From positions 104,770 through 168,769 of the forward strand of contig ADNK01000150.1 of the NCBI GenBank assembly GCA_000320545.1: a stretch of 64,000 nt of DNA. Direction: 5' to 3'. This document shows positions 23,444 to 36,509 of this stretch, piece by piece (position 1 is the stretch's first letter; each line of letters starts with the position of its first letter). Made by a program: the position numbers and the translations under genes. The notes beneath the pieces are model-generated. The model was given only the letters and a program-made list of their open reading frames with translations. It did not search any database and was not told the DNA's origin. Origin of the DNA: Bigelowiella natans CCMP2755. Taxonomy: Eukaryota; Protista; Cercozoa.

Positions 23444-23768
23444 TGTTGCGCGTAAGGTGTTCACAGGCCGAGGCGCTACGTGCACAAGTAGGCAGGGGGG
23501 GGGAAGGCACGTTTGCTTCCTTTTGAAGAGTTATGTTTATTTTTATTAAAGATTATATTTTTATTAAATCGTGCACTGCGCAATCATTCGCGAAGCTTTC
23601 GCGAATGCCGCCGCACGTGGGGCAGCACACTTCCGGTGTGCTGCCATGAGTCCCGCCGGAACCCACGTGCCTATACTGTATTAATATCTACGTTATCTAT
23701 ATTCTATATCCGCGACAACCCCTTTGTTGTCGCACGTGACTTGTGCTCGCGTAGTAGTACGCGCTACA
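23444..23768 (-). repeat. 5' LTR
   Basis: Direct repeat of 18055-18379. Confidence 0.95.
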
Positions 23769-24523
23769 TCATTGGAGTACATGGATGAGTCAGCGTGATC
23801 CTTGCGAATCAAGCATCAAAAACAAACACTTGTTTCCCAAGCTGCACATCTTGCTGAAGGCGTGTCACACCTAGACACGGCTAGACAGCACAATCTAGCA
23901 ATGCGCGGGTGGGCACAGCTAGACAGCTAGACAGGTTGTGAACTTGCATGATGCTTGTCATGCGCCAGCAGCACGTCTACAAACACGTCTAGACGTTGTT
24001 CGCTCCTCACTCATCGTCGCTGATGACACCATGTGCACAGTGCAACCTTCTGGGCATGCTAGCATGCTCTAGTAGTGCTTGTGCAGCTAGAGCGGCATCG
24101 AATTGTCGATTTCATCACATTGGTTCAGTGCTAGAGTGTGACAGCTCCCTCAGTCTAGCAGTGGTCGATCGCTCACCATGCAGCTGGATGTGCGCCTGGT
24201 GTAGACGCACCTTACAACTATTAGCATCAGTGACTTTGTTAAGATAAACATTTTATGTCATGTCCTTGTCTAGTAGATGTCTTTAAAAAATATATCGCAA
24301 TAGTTACTCGAAAAATTGCAACAGCAACGTGAAGTGCTAACAATGCAATGTCGACACATGTTTTTTATCCCCTTAATACATAGAGTTACACCAGTCGCTT
24401 TAATTGATAGCCGCGCAATAATTCTAGAAAACTGTTTATTTAGTAGCTAGGTGTAATTTATATGCCGATGTGGCTCAGAGTCACTCAGAATGATCTCGCT
24501 ATTACATTATGGTGGTTAACACG

Positions 24524-25159
24524 TTATAATTGATCGTCGTTAGCTTCTCCTCCTCTATATCCAGCCGATAATGCCCCGAGAGGATGCATTTGAGCCTCGC
24601 TACTATTTACCTAGAAAATATTTAGTGCGGGCTGGTCAGATATGGTTGCGTAAGAGGTTATCTGTCGTATCCAACACTCATCTCATCATTACTCTCCGAC
24701 AACACCTGTGAATATCCGCTTCCCAAACGGTGACCACCCTGCAATCCGAGATTCTGACTCAAAGTGCGAGGTTCACCTATGCCTGAGAGGGGAGGGGGGG
24801 GGGATGATATTCGGCTGTTAGTGATGCTGAAGAACTTAGTTTACAGCAAAGATCTTGCTCAACAGATATTAGATAGCAACGTGTTAGTCAAAGTTGGCAC
24901 TTACAGCATCGTTTGAGTGGGTTCCATACAGCAATCAGTATACTCAGAGTCACTAGTCCGACCGCAGCATAGAAGAATATCGTCTATAATAGTAGTTCGA
25001 ATAAACATAAGCGGATCTACCATTTCAAATTACGGATAGTTTCGCCTAATTTATGGCCATATATTACCCTGAGTATGTTCAATAATGGGAAAGCATCGTG
25101 CCAGACTCCCGTTGAATTTGTGTGTGCAAATCCGACCTGAAGCACGAACCAAATTACTG

Positions 25160-25243
<84 letters not shown>

Positions 25244-25773
25244 TGTATCTGTCGTCATTAGTTGTACACATAACCAACAAACCACGAAAAGTGATAAAAT
25301 GCAAACCGTTTTATTGTCCATATGGAAGACTGTGTAGACGTTTTTGAGAAAGGTATCGCCCAAGATCCACGTCTGGAAAGTCGACGGCATGAACCCGAGC
25401 ACCTGAAATTTGTCATGACGCACATGCACCCCAAAAGTTGAGCAGTATCCGAAATGCATGCCAACACTCAGGATAAAAAAGAAGCTCCAAGCCTACATCT
25501 TTTGCACGACGAATATAGTACATGACAATAATCACCTGCCCAGAAAGCATGTACTGGTCCGGTGAGAGGTGGAAAATACCATCGCCTAAAACGAGGGAGA
25601 AGGTCGGTAACCCCTCAGTGCCTTCAGTACAGTAAATCCCGGACGCTTGCCTCCTGCAGTCATTTCGGCCTTTCACCTAATTTGAATTTGAGTATCAGCA
25701 TGGAAAATAACTTTTTACCAAAGATGTTGTGATTGCGCGCCCTCCTTCAAAGATTGACTCTCCATAATCCACG

Positions 25774-25832
<59 letters not shown>

Positions 25833-26032
25833 CTAAAAGCCAGGAGGAGATGGGGTACGGGGACTATGTATCACCAATTTCGACGAGAAATCATCCCAAT
25901 ACTGGATAGGAACCACGATCATACTTGTTCCTGAAAATATCAAAACATTTGTTATTTTTCAACCCAACACACGTACATCTTAAAATTTTATTTTCTGGCA
26001 TCACAGATATAATCTATTCATCAGTATACAAC

Positions 26033-26063
<31 letters not shown>

Positions 26064-26135
26064 TTCATGTAATTGCGTACATATACATATACATATACAT
26101 ATATGTCGTATCGAACGTAACTTCGGTACTACTAT

Positions 26136-26166
<31 letters not shown>

Positions 26167-27459
26167 GCTACTACCAGTATCTGGAAGTGCATTGCAACCG
26201 GATACACAAAACCTGAGAAGCCAAAAGGTGCATAAAACATCAACCAAACTGTCTCATCATCGCACCCCTTTCCCTTTCCAAATTCCGCGCAATGCTTATA
26301 CTACTACTACTACTACTACTACTCACTTGTAATCTACTCCGTCTATTAAAACTGATGTGAGAGTAATGGCCCACATCCCTCCAGGATGAACCGGGACGTA
26401 TCTAAAAGTAGTGATAGTAGCAGTAGTAGTAGTTGTAAGGGTAGTGGTATCTGGTGGAAAATCCAGTTTGCCATAAAACATTCGGCCATCACAAAGAACA
26501 ACTAATACGGCTGTCTGTCTCTGTACAACGATTGGTGGATGATAGGAGGGATAAATTACGAGAATCTGTGGTTATGCGCGTAACGAAAGTCCGGAGGGCC
26601 TATGAGGAGAAATGACCTGCACCACGATTACCATCCAAGACTTAGTATGGTGTGTAGAATAAACAATGCGCTAGAGAAAAGCGAATTGTATTCAAAAATC
26701 ATGCTGTGATTTTTTTTGGAGGGGAAAGGGTCGTGAAGACATGGTTTCCGAGTGCTACATGAGTAAGAAAAAAGGGTCAAAAGTAGTTTTCTAGCACACA
26801 ATCAATGGGTCAGTATTATTCAACCCGTCCTGGCCGTCCGCGGAAGGGTCCCCCCCAAGGATGAACGAGAACGATGCATTCGGGATGAGGCCATATTTTC
26901 TCCTAAAACGTGGATACGGATAAAATATGATGATGCTGATGGTGATGATGATAATAACGACGATAGAAACTGTTTGTTCGCTTGATTACATGTTAACGAC
27001 GATGTTGTCCCCGTGCATTCGAGATGCATCCCTGAAGCCTAAACCCAAGATCCCATCGGTGGGGTTGTCCTGGTGGGGGAGGGGGGAGGGGGGGGATTCA
27101 AAGGGTATTATTAAGCCGCCTTTAATTAACGATACATCTACGTGCTATTTATGCGAAGGGGATGTCCAAGTATTAGCAGCCCAATCAGAGTTGCGATCAC
27201 CTCCGTATCGAAATTGTTGGAAAAATGCGTCACTTCTCCCATTAGTTGAGACTCCACCCTCAGTCCGCCTGAAACACATGAATGAATGGTGTTTGACATC
27301 GCACACAAGCTGGTGCAAATAGCTGGTGCAAATACTCAAAATGAAAGAGACATGGGAAGGGAGTGCATGCGAACAATCATTCATACCTAAATGAACTGTT
27401 TCCTGGAGTGTAATGCCTTTGCATTCGCCGATTCCGTACCTTAACGAATATATACATTT

Positions 27460-27499
<40 letters not shown>

Positions 27500-28374
27500 T
27501 ATATTCACATACAAAATATATCACCAAATGAAGGTAAGAACTGCCATTTTCTCCACGTACATTTATATTCTATCGTTCTTGACATTATTCCCCTAACGCA
27601 TTAGACTGCAGTAATTTCCAGTAGTACTTACTCGATGAAGAATGTCTTACTGTTCTCCCCGTTAAAGGTTGACGAGGACCTACTATCATACCTGAGAAGA
27701 AGGAAAGAATGGAAGAAGAGAACGTATGATTCAATTTACCTTGAATATGGCGAAATTTGCAGGAAGAAAATGAAAAAGAATCACGCTCCTCTTCCCACTC
27801 CTAGTCCCACATACGTATTCAGATAGTCCTTTTTCTTAGCGTTTGAATCTTGAGAGAAAACCCAGAGATCCGAGGAACCTTTTGGGTGCAACATCGTGAA
27901 TATCCTGCACTATCAAATATGACAGAGAAGACATTTGCTTTCCTACCAGTATCGAACACCACATCGAAACGTCTAGAAGGCGTGCCGATGTAAATTGGTC
28001 CCTGAAAACAACAAACATACGCTGCATATTCAATATGAAGAGTTAGGTAATGTGTCGAAGAGAGACCTTATAGCTTATCGTTCTGTGGTCTTCCATTCTG
28101 TGTATAAAGAAATGTGAAGCGCACGTTGACGAAAAAAAGGGTGGAATTTAGAAACCCAGTTAATAAAGGTTTACTTGACTCGGTGAGTGTTATTCTCCGA
28201 CATGAGTTTAACGTGCGGCGAGACGTGTTCTCGTGTTACCCTCCTCAAGGGGAAGAGATACTGAGTTTTAATTCGTGCTGCTTTCGAAGCAATCTCCACT
28301 TCTATATCTCCATTTAGCAACCAAACAAACATCGACAGAATTCCCCATCGGATGATCCCAGGAAGAGAACACAT
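24524..28374 (-). CDS. Pepsin-family (A1) aspartic protease with C-terminal TM helix, many exons
   Basis: Spliced motifs GPIYIGTPSRRFDVVFDT|GSSDLWV, YDSRSSSTF, YGIGECKG, DGILGLGF, ALPDT|GTSMI, WILGDTFLKNVYTVFHMDNKT|VGFA, then TM helix TIFFYAAVGLVTLSILIAVW. Terminal exons are less certain. Confidence 0.85.
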
Positions 28375-29204
28375 TCCAAGCACCCGCTCAGGTTCCCTCT
28401 TTCTTCTTCCTTCCCTGCCCGTCAATCCAGGTTGAGGCAGGAAGTGAAACGGACAACCAAGGTTTCTGATTGCACAGTAAGGTGTCAGTAAAAATTAGGA
28501 CGGCTCACGAAATCGGAACTGACGTTGGCAGTGGAAATCAACCGCCTGTGGGCAAGGGGGGAGGAGCCACCTCTATGTACAGTTGACTAATGGAAGAATT
28601 CCGTTTTCTACTTAAAATGCCCTGCATTTCAAACAAAATCGCAGACAACCGAAGAAAAATCGCAGGCAGAGGAGTTACTCGTGTTGCCGTCTTTGGGTAA
28701 TGATGAAAACAGCCTGTTCTCTGATATTGCGACAACAATTTCTTGGCTGGGACAACCGCCAAATCTCCAGGTCGCAAGTCTCATCTGGCCCAAACAAGAG
28801 TTTTGGGAAAGCCAAATGAATCCGTTGGCATATTCCTTCAATTTTGGAGAAAATATTCATGTCGCAACTTACGTTTCCTCTCAATTTTGAAAAGGCGGGC
28901 AATAGGCGGTAAGGCCGGCCTCCCCCCCAGATAGAATCTACTGCTGCTTTTTTGGAGATCAGAGAGGGTTATATTGGGGAGTAATCCTGTATTATAGGGA
29001 ATAAATTTTGGTGATATTCTCATACTGCTGCCTTTTTGATTCGAAACACCGCGTTTGAGCTCTCAAACACAGCGGAACACCAAACCTATCAAAAAATCAG
29101 CAAGCCTTGTTCGATGCAGATTGGGTGAAGGAGAATGATTGCTGGATTGAAATAAATATTTTTTCGCTGGTTATGTAGGCAGCCAGGAACAGAAAAAGAA
29201 TTCC

Positions 29205-30027
29205 ATGGCGCGTCATAAGACAGTAGTGGGGGGGTCGTCAAACAGGCGCAAGCCTTCAGCTTACAGAGTATCTACAACCGCTGAAGGTATGGGATAGATA
29301 GATAGATAGATAGACAGCTTGGCTTTTCTCCCCCCATCACACTGATTCCTTGCCGTAAAAAATACTTTTCTATTAGTTAAACGAAAGACGAAAAAAAGGT
29401 TTCGTCCTGGGACTGTGGCGTTGAGGGAAATACGCAAATACCAAAGATCGACTGATTTATTACTCCGAAAGCTACCGTTTCAGCGGCTGGTAACAAATAT
29501 TCTACTAGTCCCTTACTTCCTCCCCTTACTTCTGCACTATTCTGTTCGGTACTTTTGTACATATCTTACATGAAATACACCGATAGGTACGAGAGATTTC
29601 GCAGGGCTTGGGAAATGATGGCAGCTCGCACCGATGGCAGAGTTCCGCTCTCATGGCTCTACAAGAGGCGGCTGAGAACTATCTTGTTCATCTCTTCGAA
29701 GACGCGTAATATGAAAGAAAATAAGAAAATATTTTTTACTCCATCGGCAGTTTTCAATTTTTAAGTTTGAGAGACAAGTACAACAATGATGTTATTGCGA
29801 GTAGAATCGTATCATTATCATAACCAACAACATCGTAGCTCAAGTTCAAACTGTAGCTCAACAACATCGTAGCTCAAGTTCAAACTGTAGCTCAACTTCA
29901 AACGTTTGCTTCTTAACCATCATACAGAAACTTGTGCGCCATTCACGGGAAACGCGTGACCATAATGATTAGAGACGTTCGCCTTGCACGTCGAATCCGT
30001 GGAGTCAGCGAGCATTTTGCCGTCTAG
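29205..30027 (+). CDS. CENPA: Centromeric histone H3 variant CenH3/CENP-A (4 exons)
   Basis: Exons 29205-29286, 29377-29489, 29587-29705 and 29928-30027 give [137 protein letters not shown]. Divergent tail, longer loop 1, F84W and T107A. Confidence 0.85.
29826..29896. repeat. ~34-bp tandem duplication in CenH3 intron 3
   Basis: CAACAACATCGTAGCTCAAGTTCAAACTGTAGCT x2. Confidence 0.8.
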
Positions 30028-31482
30028 CACAAGCGCTACCATGCGACGGAAAAAGATCATGAATTCAAACTGTAATGTAGCTTCCCCCCAACTCCAAATC
30101 TATGCGAACCAAAAACCATTGCCCTTCCGATCAAAGACGAAACACTAGAACCATGTACACATTTGAAGCAACAGAGGACTTCAGCAATTTGATATGAGTC
30201 TGGCCATTGCACACTCCTGTGTGCGTTGATCCCAAGCAAGATCTGTATCAGTCTCACCATATTGCCAATCACTGCTGGTGGTTTTCTCACGTCAACTTCA
30301 AATGGCAGTAGTCTCTGTCTACTGTTTGCCCACACATGACATTTTGCTTATAGATTTCTCCCTTTATATTTACTGTGCTCAGCCATCCGCAGCGAAATCA
30401 CAAAATCATTCGGGAGTCATCTTGAAATTTTTTCAGTAATAACATGTTTTTTACACATACTCCAGACCTGCATGAAGCTGATCATGTAACGTGCACAACA
30501 GCTTATGGCATCGCCTGTCGCGGCAGAAGCTGCGGTGATGCCAACTTGGCGGCGGCCCCGTCTAGCCACGCACACACACTGTCATGCTTGTATGTGAGCT
30601 AGTTTGGCTACACGCCATGCTAAAATGCACATAGTCGTCCAGCAGGTTACAGCAGGGCTAGCTAGCAAAAGAGTGTGTTAGCAAGCTAGCAAGGTGCACA
30701 GTCAGCACATCTAGATATTCATGCATCTCTAGATCTACACGCATTTGTGTGTGTAGTAGCTTGACTCACCACACTGGGCCATGCTAGCATGATTATATTA
30801 TGCTAGATACTAGATAGCCTGATGCCTATCTAACTGTGCAAGTCGATCCAGCGATCTGCAGCTCTAGCTAGCTGCTTGGCATCGGCACATGCTATAATGC
30901 ATTTTGTAGTGCTTGACGCGTACAAGTCTAGAAGTATACGCAGGCGCATGCGAACTGGCTTGCTGGCCATGCGATGCACAACACAAATTGAGGCTGTAGC
31001 ATGCACTATGCTAGCAGCGCAGCTTAGATGCATCTAATCTATCGTGATGTGCATCGATCTAGCGTAGACTAGTAGAGCTCTGTGCACAGTGATCCAACCG
31101 AGCCAAGTACGCTACTAGACTAGTACGACTGGAAAGCCTATAGTGCCGCTTTCTCGAGCTAGAGCGAGGTCGAAGCAGGCTAGCAGGCTAGCAGGCGGAC
31201 GGCGGCGCGCGGCTACGGCACTACAGCTTACATCTCTCCACGCAGCTTCACAGCAATATGCATCGCCTCAGCTATCAGTGTATGTCTATACATAGTGATT
31301 GCATTCTTCTTTTTCGACATATGATGGCAGGGCTGGCGTGTAGGCGCAGATGTAGTCACGATGACTGGTCTGTAGCCATGTTAACTATCTAGCTAAGATG
31401 CAGTGTGATGCATCTGGTGTGGCTACACCTGCATAATAACTCCCTATTTCAGCGCTACCATCTTGGCCATCTAGGTACGGTA

Positions 31483-34341
31483 TTATTCAAATGACTGCAT
31501 GCCATGAACGACTATTCTTCCGGTGTTGGTTCCTGCAACTACCATGTCACTCAAAGTAGAAAGCGATAGAGCGCATATCGCTCCGCTCTGGTTATGTTTG
31601 ATGAGATTGACCTCCGTGTCCATGAAGCCGAGTCGCTCCTCTAAATTAGTGTAAGAAGTAGACGCGGAGTGACGGGCCTTCCCACCGTTTCCTCTTCCTA
31701 CATCCCATAGCCGAATCGTGCAATCATCTGCTCCAGAGACAAGAAATCTTGAATCACTGGACCACTGGCAGGCAACCCCGTGCACGCCGCTCATATATTC
31801 ATGCTCCAGCACAAACAGAGGTCTATCAAAGCGCCTGACATCGTGAACGACCACTGTGTTGTCCTCCCCGCAAGACTGAAGCAATATACCATTCGGACTG
31901 AAGGATGTGTCGTGGATGTTATGCCCGACCACACTCTTGTTCGGAAGCCTGATGATGTTCTGCGAGCTCACGGCGACTGTAGTGATTTTTTTGGAGCTGC
32001 TCTGGTAAAGAGTGTCATAGAAGTAAAGCTTTTCTTCCGAGCAGGTGAATACAAACTTCCCCGAAAGCGGGCTGCAGGCAGGAGGGCATGTGACGCACTG
32101 CACCGGCAAATCGGTAGGAACCGAGTCTATCAGTCGAGCTTCGGCTCGGTCGATGCAGCAAATAGCGATGTTACCCTTCTTTGCTTCATCTTGGGTGCCG
32201 ACGACAAGAGTTTCTGAGTATCTTTCATTTCCGAACCGCATCGCTCCAGCTGCGACGGTAGGCTTTGCCAGAGGCAGCGAGAGCGATGTGCTCACGCGGT
32301 AGTGGTAGTTGCACAGCCAGAGCTTGTCGGATTGATACGCCGCGGATGCGAAGAGCGGCTTGGAGAAGTGCATGGACATGCTCAGCACCTTGTCCGTGTG
32401 CTCTTTGAACTGCCACTGCAAGTCGGAGTTGAGGTCGTAAACGTTGATGTTCGTATCGTGCGAGCCGGTGATATAGTTCCGAGCTGTTATATGCACCTCT
32501 TCTACCGCATCAGTGTGGCCCTGGAGGACTTTGCGCTCTTTTGTACCCGTGTCGTAAACAGCGCAGTGGAACTCCTTCGTATCCGTGACCCCGTATATAA
32601 TCTTATCTTTGGTGTGGGCATGCGTTCCGAACTTGACGTCGGTGATTGAGCCGCCCGTATTCTCTTCATAAACCGTGTCCCGGGAGAATCGAGAGAACAT
32701 CTTGCGAGTGATGTTCTGGCGAGAGGATCTTATCCATTGCCGTGTGCTCGCCGAGCTGGAGACTGCAAGCTGCTGCTGCTGTCGACGACGCCACCCCATC
32801 ATTGAATCATCAGCAGCTGCGGGGAGGAGATGTTGCGGCGCGAAACTATCGTCGTTAGGTGTTGTTGCCCAGAAACCACCTCTACCACCATGCTCTCTAG
32901 CCAACAGCAAGCCAATAACTGACGATGACAACGACGACAACATTCCACTGCTGCAGCTGCTACTGAAGACGCTCCTCTCTAAAGAGGAGTCCTGGGTTGG
33001 ACTGCTTGCATTTTTCCCACGACGATGACGACGACGACGACGACTACTACTACTACTACTACTACTACAATTTTGAATACTAGTGCCACCTCTAGAATCA
33101 TCATAATGATAATGGCTAGTGCCAACGATGCCACGCGACTTACTGCTGGGGGTCGTAGCATTTCGCGTCACCCCTCTCCTCAATTGCGAGACAGACAGTT
33201 TTTGTTTATCTCTCGTGACGCGCCATAGGAAGCCATCGTCATTCTGTTCCTGACCCTGAAGAGCTACGACTTTCTGGCCTCGGCTTTGCTTAAACTCGTC
33301 AAGAAAATAGCGTCGGCAGTCCTTGATGGATCTCCCCGGGAGCTGTCGGGCTATCACTTCCAAGTGCTCGAGAGGCTTCGAGACGGCAGCAACAAAGCGT
33401 AGAAACTTTAGCTTTTCGGCAAGCATGAAGGGTACATGGATTACATCGCCTTCCTTGAGGACGCGCGAAGATGCCCATGTATCAGAAAGGCTCAGACGAT
33501 TGCTCATGATCGCTTTGCGAACGTCCCGCTTTATGTAAGGCTTGTGAAGTATATCTGAACCCATAGCAATGTACTGACCCACTCTGCATGCTTCCCCACT
33601 ACACACGGCTGCTCGCATGCTAGGAGGAAGGGCTAGACGAGATTCTCCCAGTGCCTCCTCCGATTGTATCTATTAGTCACATTATAGATAAGACACACAG
33701 CAGTACGTACTATGGAAGAACACATCTATCACAGGCTCACAAGTCATAGCAGGTGCAGCACTTACCAAGTTGGAGATGGATTTGGGGTCTCGAAGGACAG
33801 TAATTCCATTAGTCTGGGCTGTAGAGGAGGAGGACGAAGAAAGCGCACCATGACCATTCTCTATCTTTCTTCTCTGAGAGATGCCTCTTAGATACAGCTG
33901 CGCCTTCATCTCGTCTATTGCTCGAAGATTCTGCAGCATTCTTCTCCTCTTTCTTGACCGTATGTCCGATATCTCGATCGAAGGAGGATACCAGGACCTT
34001 TCTTCCTTCATCATTACTCCACCGCTGCCTCTCCCTCCGCTCTTCTTCTCATGATGGGGTGATAAGTTCCAGTTAGTAGAAGATGACTTGCCCAAGGAGT
34101 CCGCATACTCCTCTAAATCACCGAATTCACGAGATATGGGTGATGTACTGGGATTTGGTAGGCTTGGATCTGCTTCCACTGCGCTGTCCCGGTTATCTTC
34201 GTCGTCGTCTTCGTCGGTCGTAGCTGCGCCCCTCCGACCTTTCTGTCTTTCTTGCTCTACAAGGAGGCGATTGAGTCCTTTCAACTCTCGGAGAACGGTG
34301 TCTAGGCTGCGAATCTCCTCTGCTATCGAGAGAATGTTCAT
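31483..34341 (-). CDS. WD40 protein with Myb/SANT-like segment and DDB1-binding H-box-like helix (DCAF-like)
   Basis: Exons 34341-33766 and 33669-31483. LQGHTDAV, GSHDTNINVYD, GEDNTVVVHDVR and SGADDCTIRLWD are WD repeats; IARQLPGRSIKDCRRYF is SANT-like; SVIGLLLAREHG is H-box-like. Confidence 0.8.
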
Positions 34342-35256
34342 ACTTGCGCCTCACCACATCATTACCCCTCTTCCCCCCCCCACCTCCGTCGTCTTCTTCC
34401 TCCCAATTGTTTGATGTGTTTGACCTTTTTCTCTCTTCATCCGGTTGTGGCACAACAACAACAACAACAATAACAACAACAACAACAACAACAACAACAA
34501 CCGAAACACCCTGGAAATATCTCATATTTCTGGATCAGAAACGAGAGATCACTAGCTGTGGTGAAAAAACATAGCTAGGACGTCAAGGATGCGAACAGAA
34601 CAAGTAACTAACCAACTGCGTTCGATCTCGCATCTGCCCAGGCTGTCAGGCAGTCGGTGAGTACCGGATAGTAACGGAAAACATCGGTATAATACCGACT
34701 GGAACACAGCGACCGACGGACCGCCCCGTCGGGATACGACGAACAGTTGATCGATCAACACGAGGAGGGGAATATGGCTATTCGCACAGCCGTCGGGCCC
34801 GGTACGGAGCAGTGATGACTTGGAGAGGCGGTATTCACCTGGGTGTTGTTGTGGCATGGCGTGGTTGATGCCCCCACGCCGCTGCCCATCACCATGGCAA
34901 CGACGACACCGACGACGATGATGACGAGGACCACGACGAACATAATGATGACAGCCATGATGACAGTAGCGCTGCTGAAATTGGCGATCATCAGCGCGAA
35001 CCACTTCTCAGGTTTGTCTATATGATATGCGTATGCTATTAGATATTTTGAGTCAGGCATAACTGTTGCTGGAACATGAAGGGGGGGGTAGAATAAATCA
35101 TGCAAACAAGCGCGTTGAAGTCCCTGACGATATTGTCACACAGTTCTCTCTGCTGCCCCCTCACAAGGTTCCATCGAAAGAGACATCAAATACAATAGCA
35201 GAACACCGAGCAAGAGCGTAAAATATAGCAAGAACCGCGCTTCCTCGTCCGGTTCG

Positions 35257-35927
35257 GTGGGGAGAGGAGGGCCGCCAAAGTTCCCGCCGCGCAAAAGGCG
35301 TCTACCGTTTAAGAAAACGAAAACACCATGCTTGGGAAAGCCAGGGGGGAGGAAAAGACTTCGGCGGCGCCAGCAGAACCGAGCAAAGGAGGCGGGTCAG
35401 AAGAAAAAAATATTGCGAATGCAGGCAGAACAAGCCAGAATTCAGGGCACTCTTCAAGATCATCAGGCTGATGCAACTACCGGAGGGAGATCAGCTTATG
35501 AGGATACTGGGAGCTCAGGGATGTTTCGATCGTACGCTTTGAAGAAAATCGACGACATGCACCTCATGCGTGGCTTGAGGAAATCTAAAAGAAGCGTGTT
35601 GATGGAAGCCGCTGAGGGTGGGGATAACCAGCCATCAAGTACCGGTCTTGGAGACCCGAAACAAGTACAATTCCTCACTCCTATTTCTTCTATCAACTGT
35701 TCACCCCCAATACTGTAAACGCCGAGATCTCACCCCTATCACTACTATCTTTCAGAGCAGTTCGTCTTTGTGATTAAGTGACATTCGCGACTAATACTCG
35801 TTGCTGCTTCCTGTTTGTCGATATAGGTTGAGATACGAGCCAGCCTGAAGCAGTGCAAAACAGCCCAGGACGTTTGTTACGCGGTATTAATACGAATACC
35901 GGAGAAACATAACGTTCTTCAGTTGTG

Positions 35928-35965
<38 letters not shown>

Positions 35966-36475
35966 AACTTGAAATGCTAACTACGAACAATATCAGATTG
36001 ACCCGGACGAGATCAGCATATTTTCTCAACTAAACTTGCTTCTGACGCTTGAGAGACTACTTTCTCAAAACTTGGGCTTCACACCTCCCTCCCTTCTCCA
36101 AAACGCCAACGCAACCAGGAGGGGTAATATCACCAGAAGAGGTGGGACAGCACCAGCAGCAGAAGGTGGTGAGGATGGGGGACATAGCCTAAGAACGAAG
36201 ACGAAAAAGAACAACGGAGCACTGAGCGAAGAGGAGGACTGTGACGATGATATCAGGAAAGGGATGGAGACTTTCGAGGTGAGGTGATTCACACACTGCC
36301 GGAGTTGAGTAGACCCCCCCGCCCCTCCCAAACATCTTCCTTACACGCATTGAATTCTGCACAGGATTAGTCGAGATTTAGTCGAGAATCTCGACAAGAA
36401 ATACCTGTGATGATCGTTTGTTTATCTTTTCCGTGAGAGGATGATGATGACGATGATAACGACGATGATGATGAC

Positions 36476-36509
<34 letters not shown>

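Larger units (their letters stand above)
18055..23768 (-). mobile_element. Intact Ty3/gypsy LTR retrotransposon
   Basis: 325-bp TG...CA LTRs at 18055-18379 and 23444-23768; 4-bp TSD TCAT (18051-18054, 23769-23772); single gag-pol ORF in PR-RT-RH-IN order. Confidence 0.97.

Noticed and set aside
18055-23768. DIRS element (because of the Dam-like domain) or chromovirus
   Set aside because: It has direct TG..CA LTRs, a TSD, a protease and a DDE integrase; there is no tyrosine recombinase and no chromodomain motif.
34552-35105. ORFs between the WD40 gene and the next gene
   Set aside because: Low complexity, no domain; probably UTR/intron of the WD40 gene or promoter DNA.
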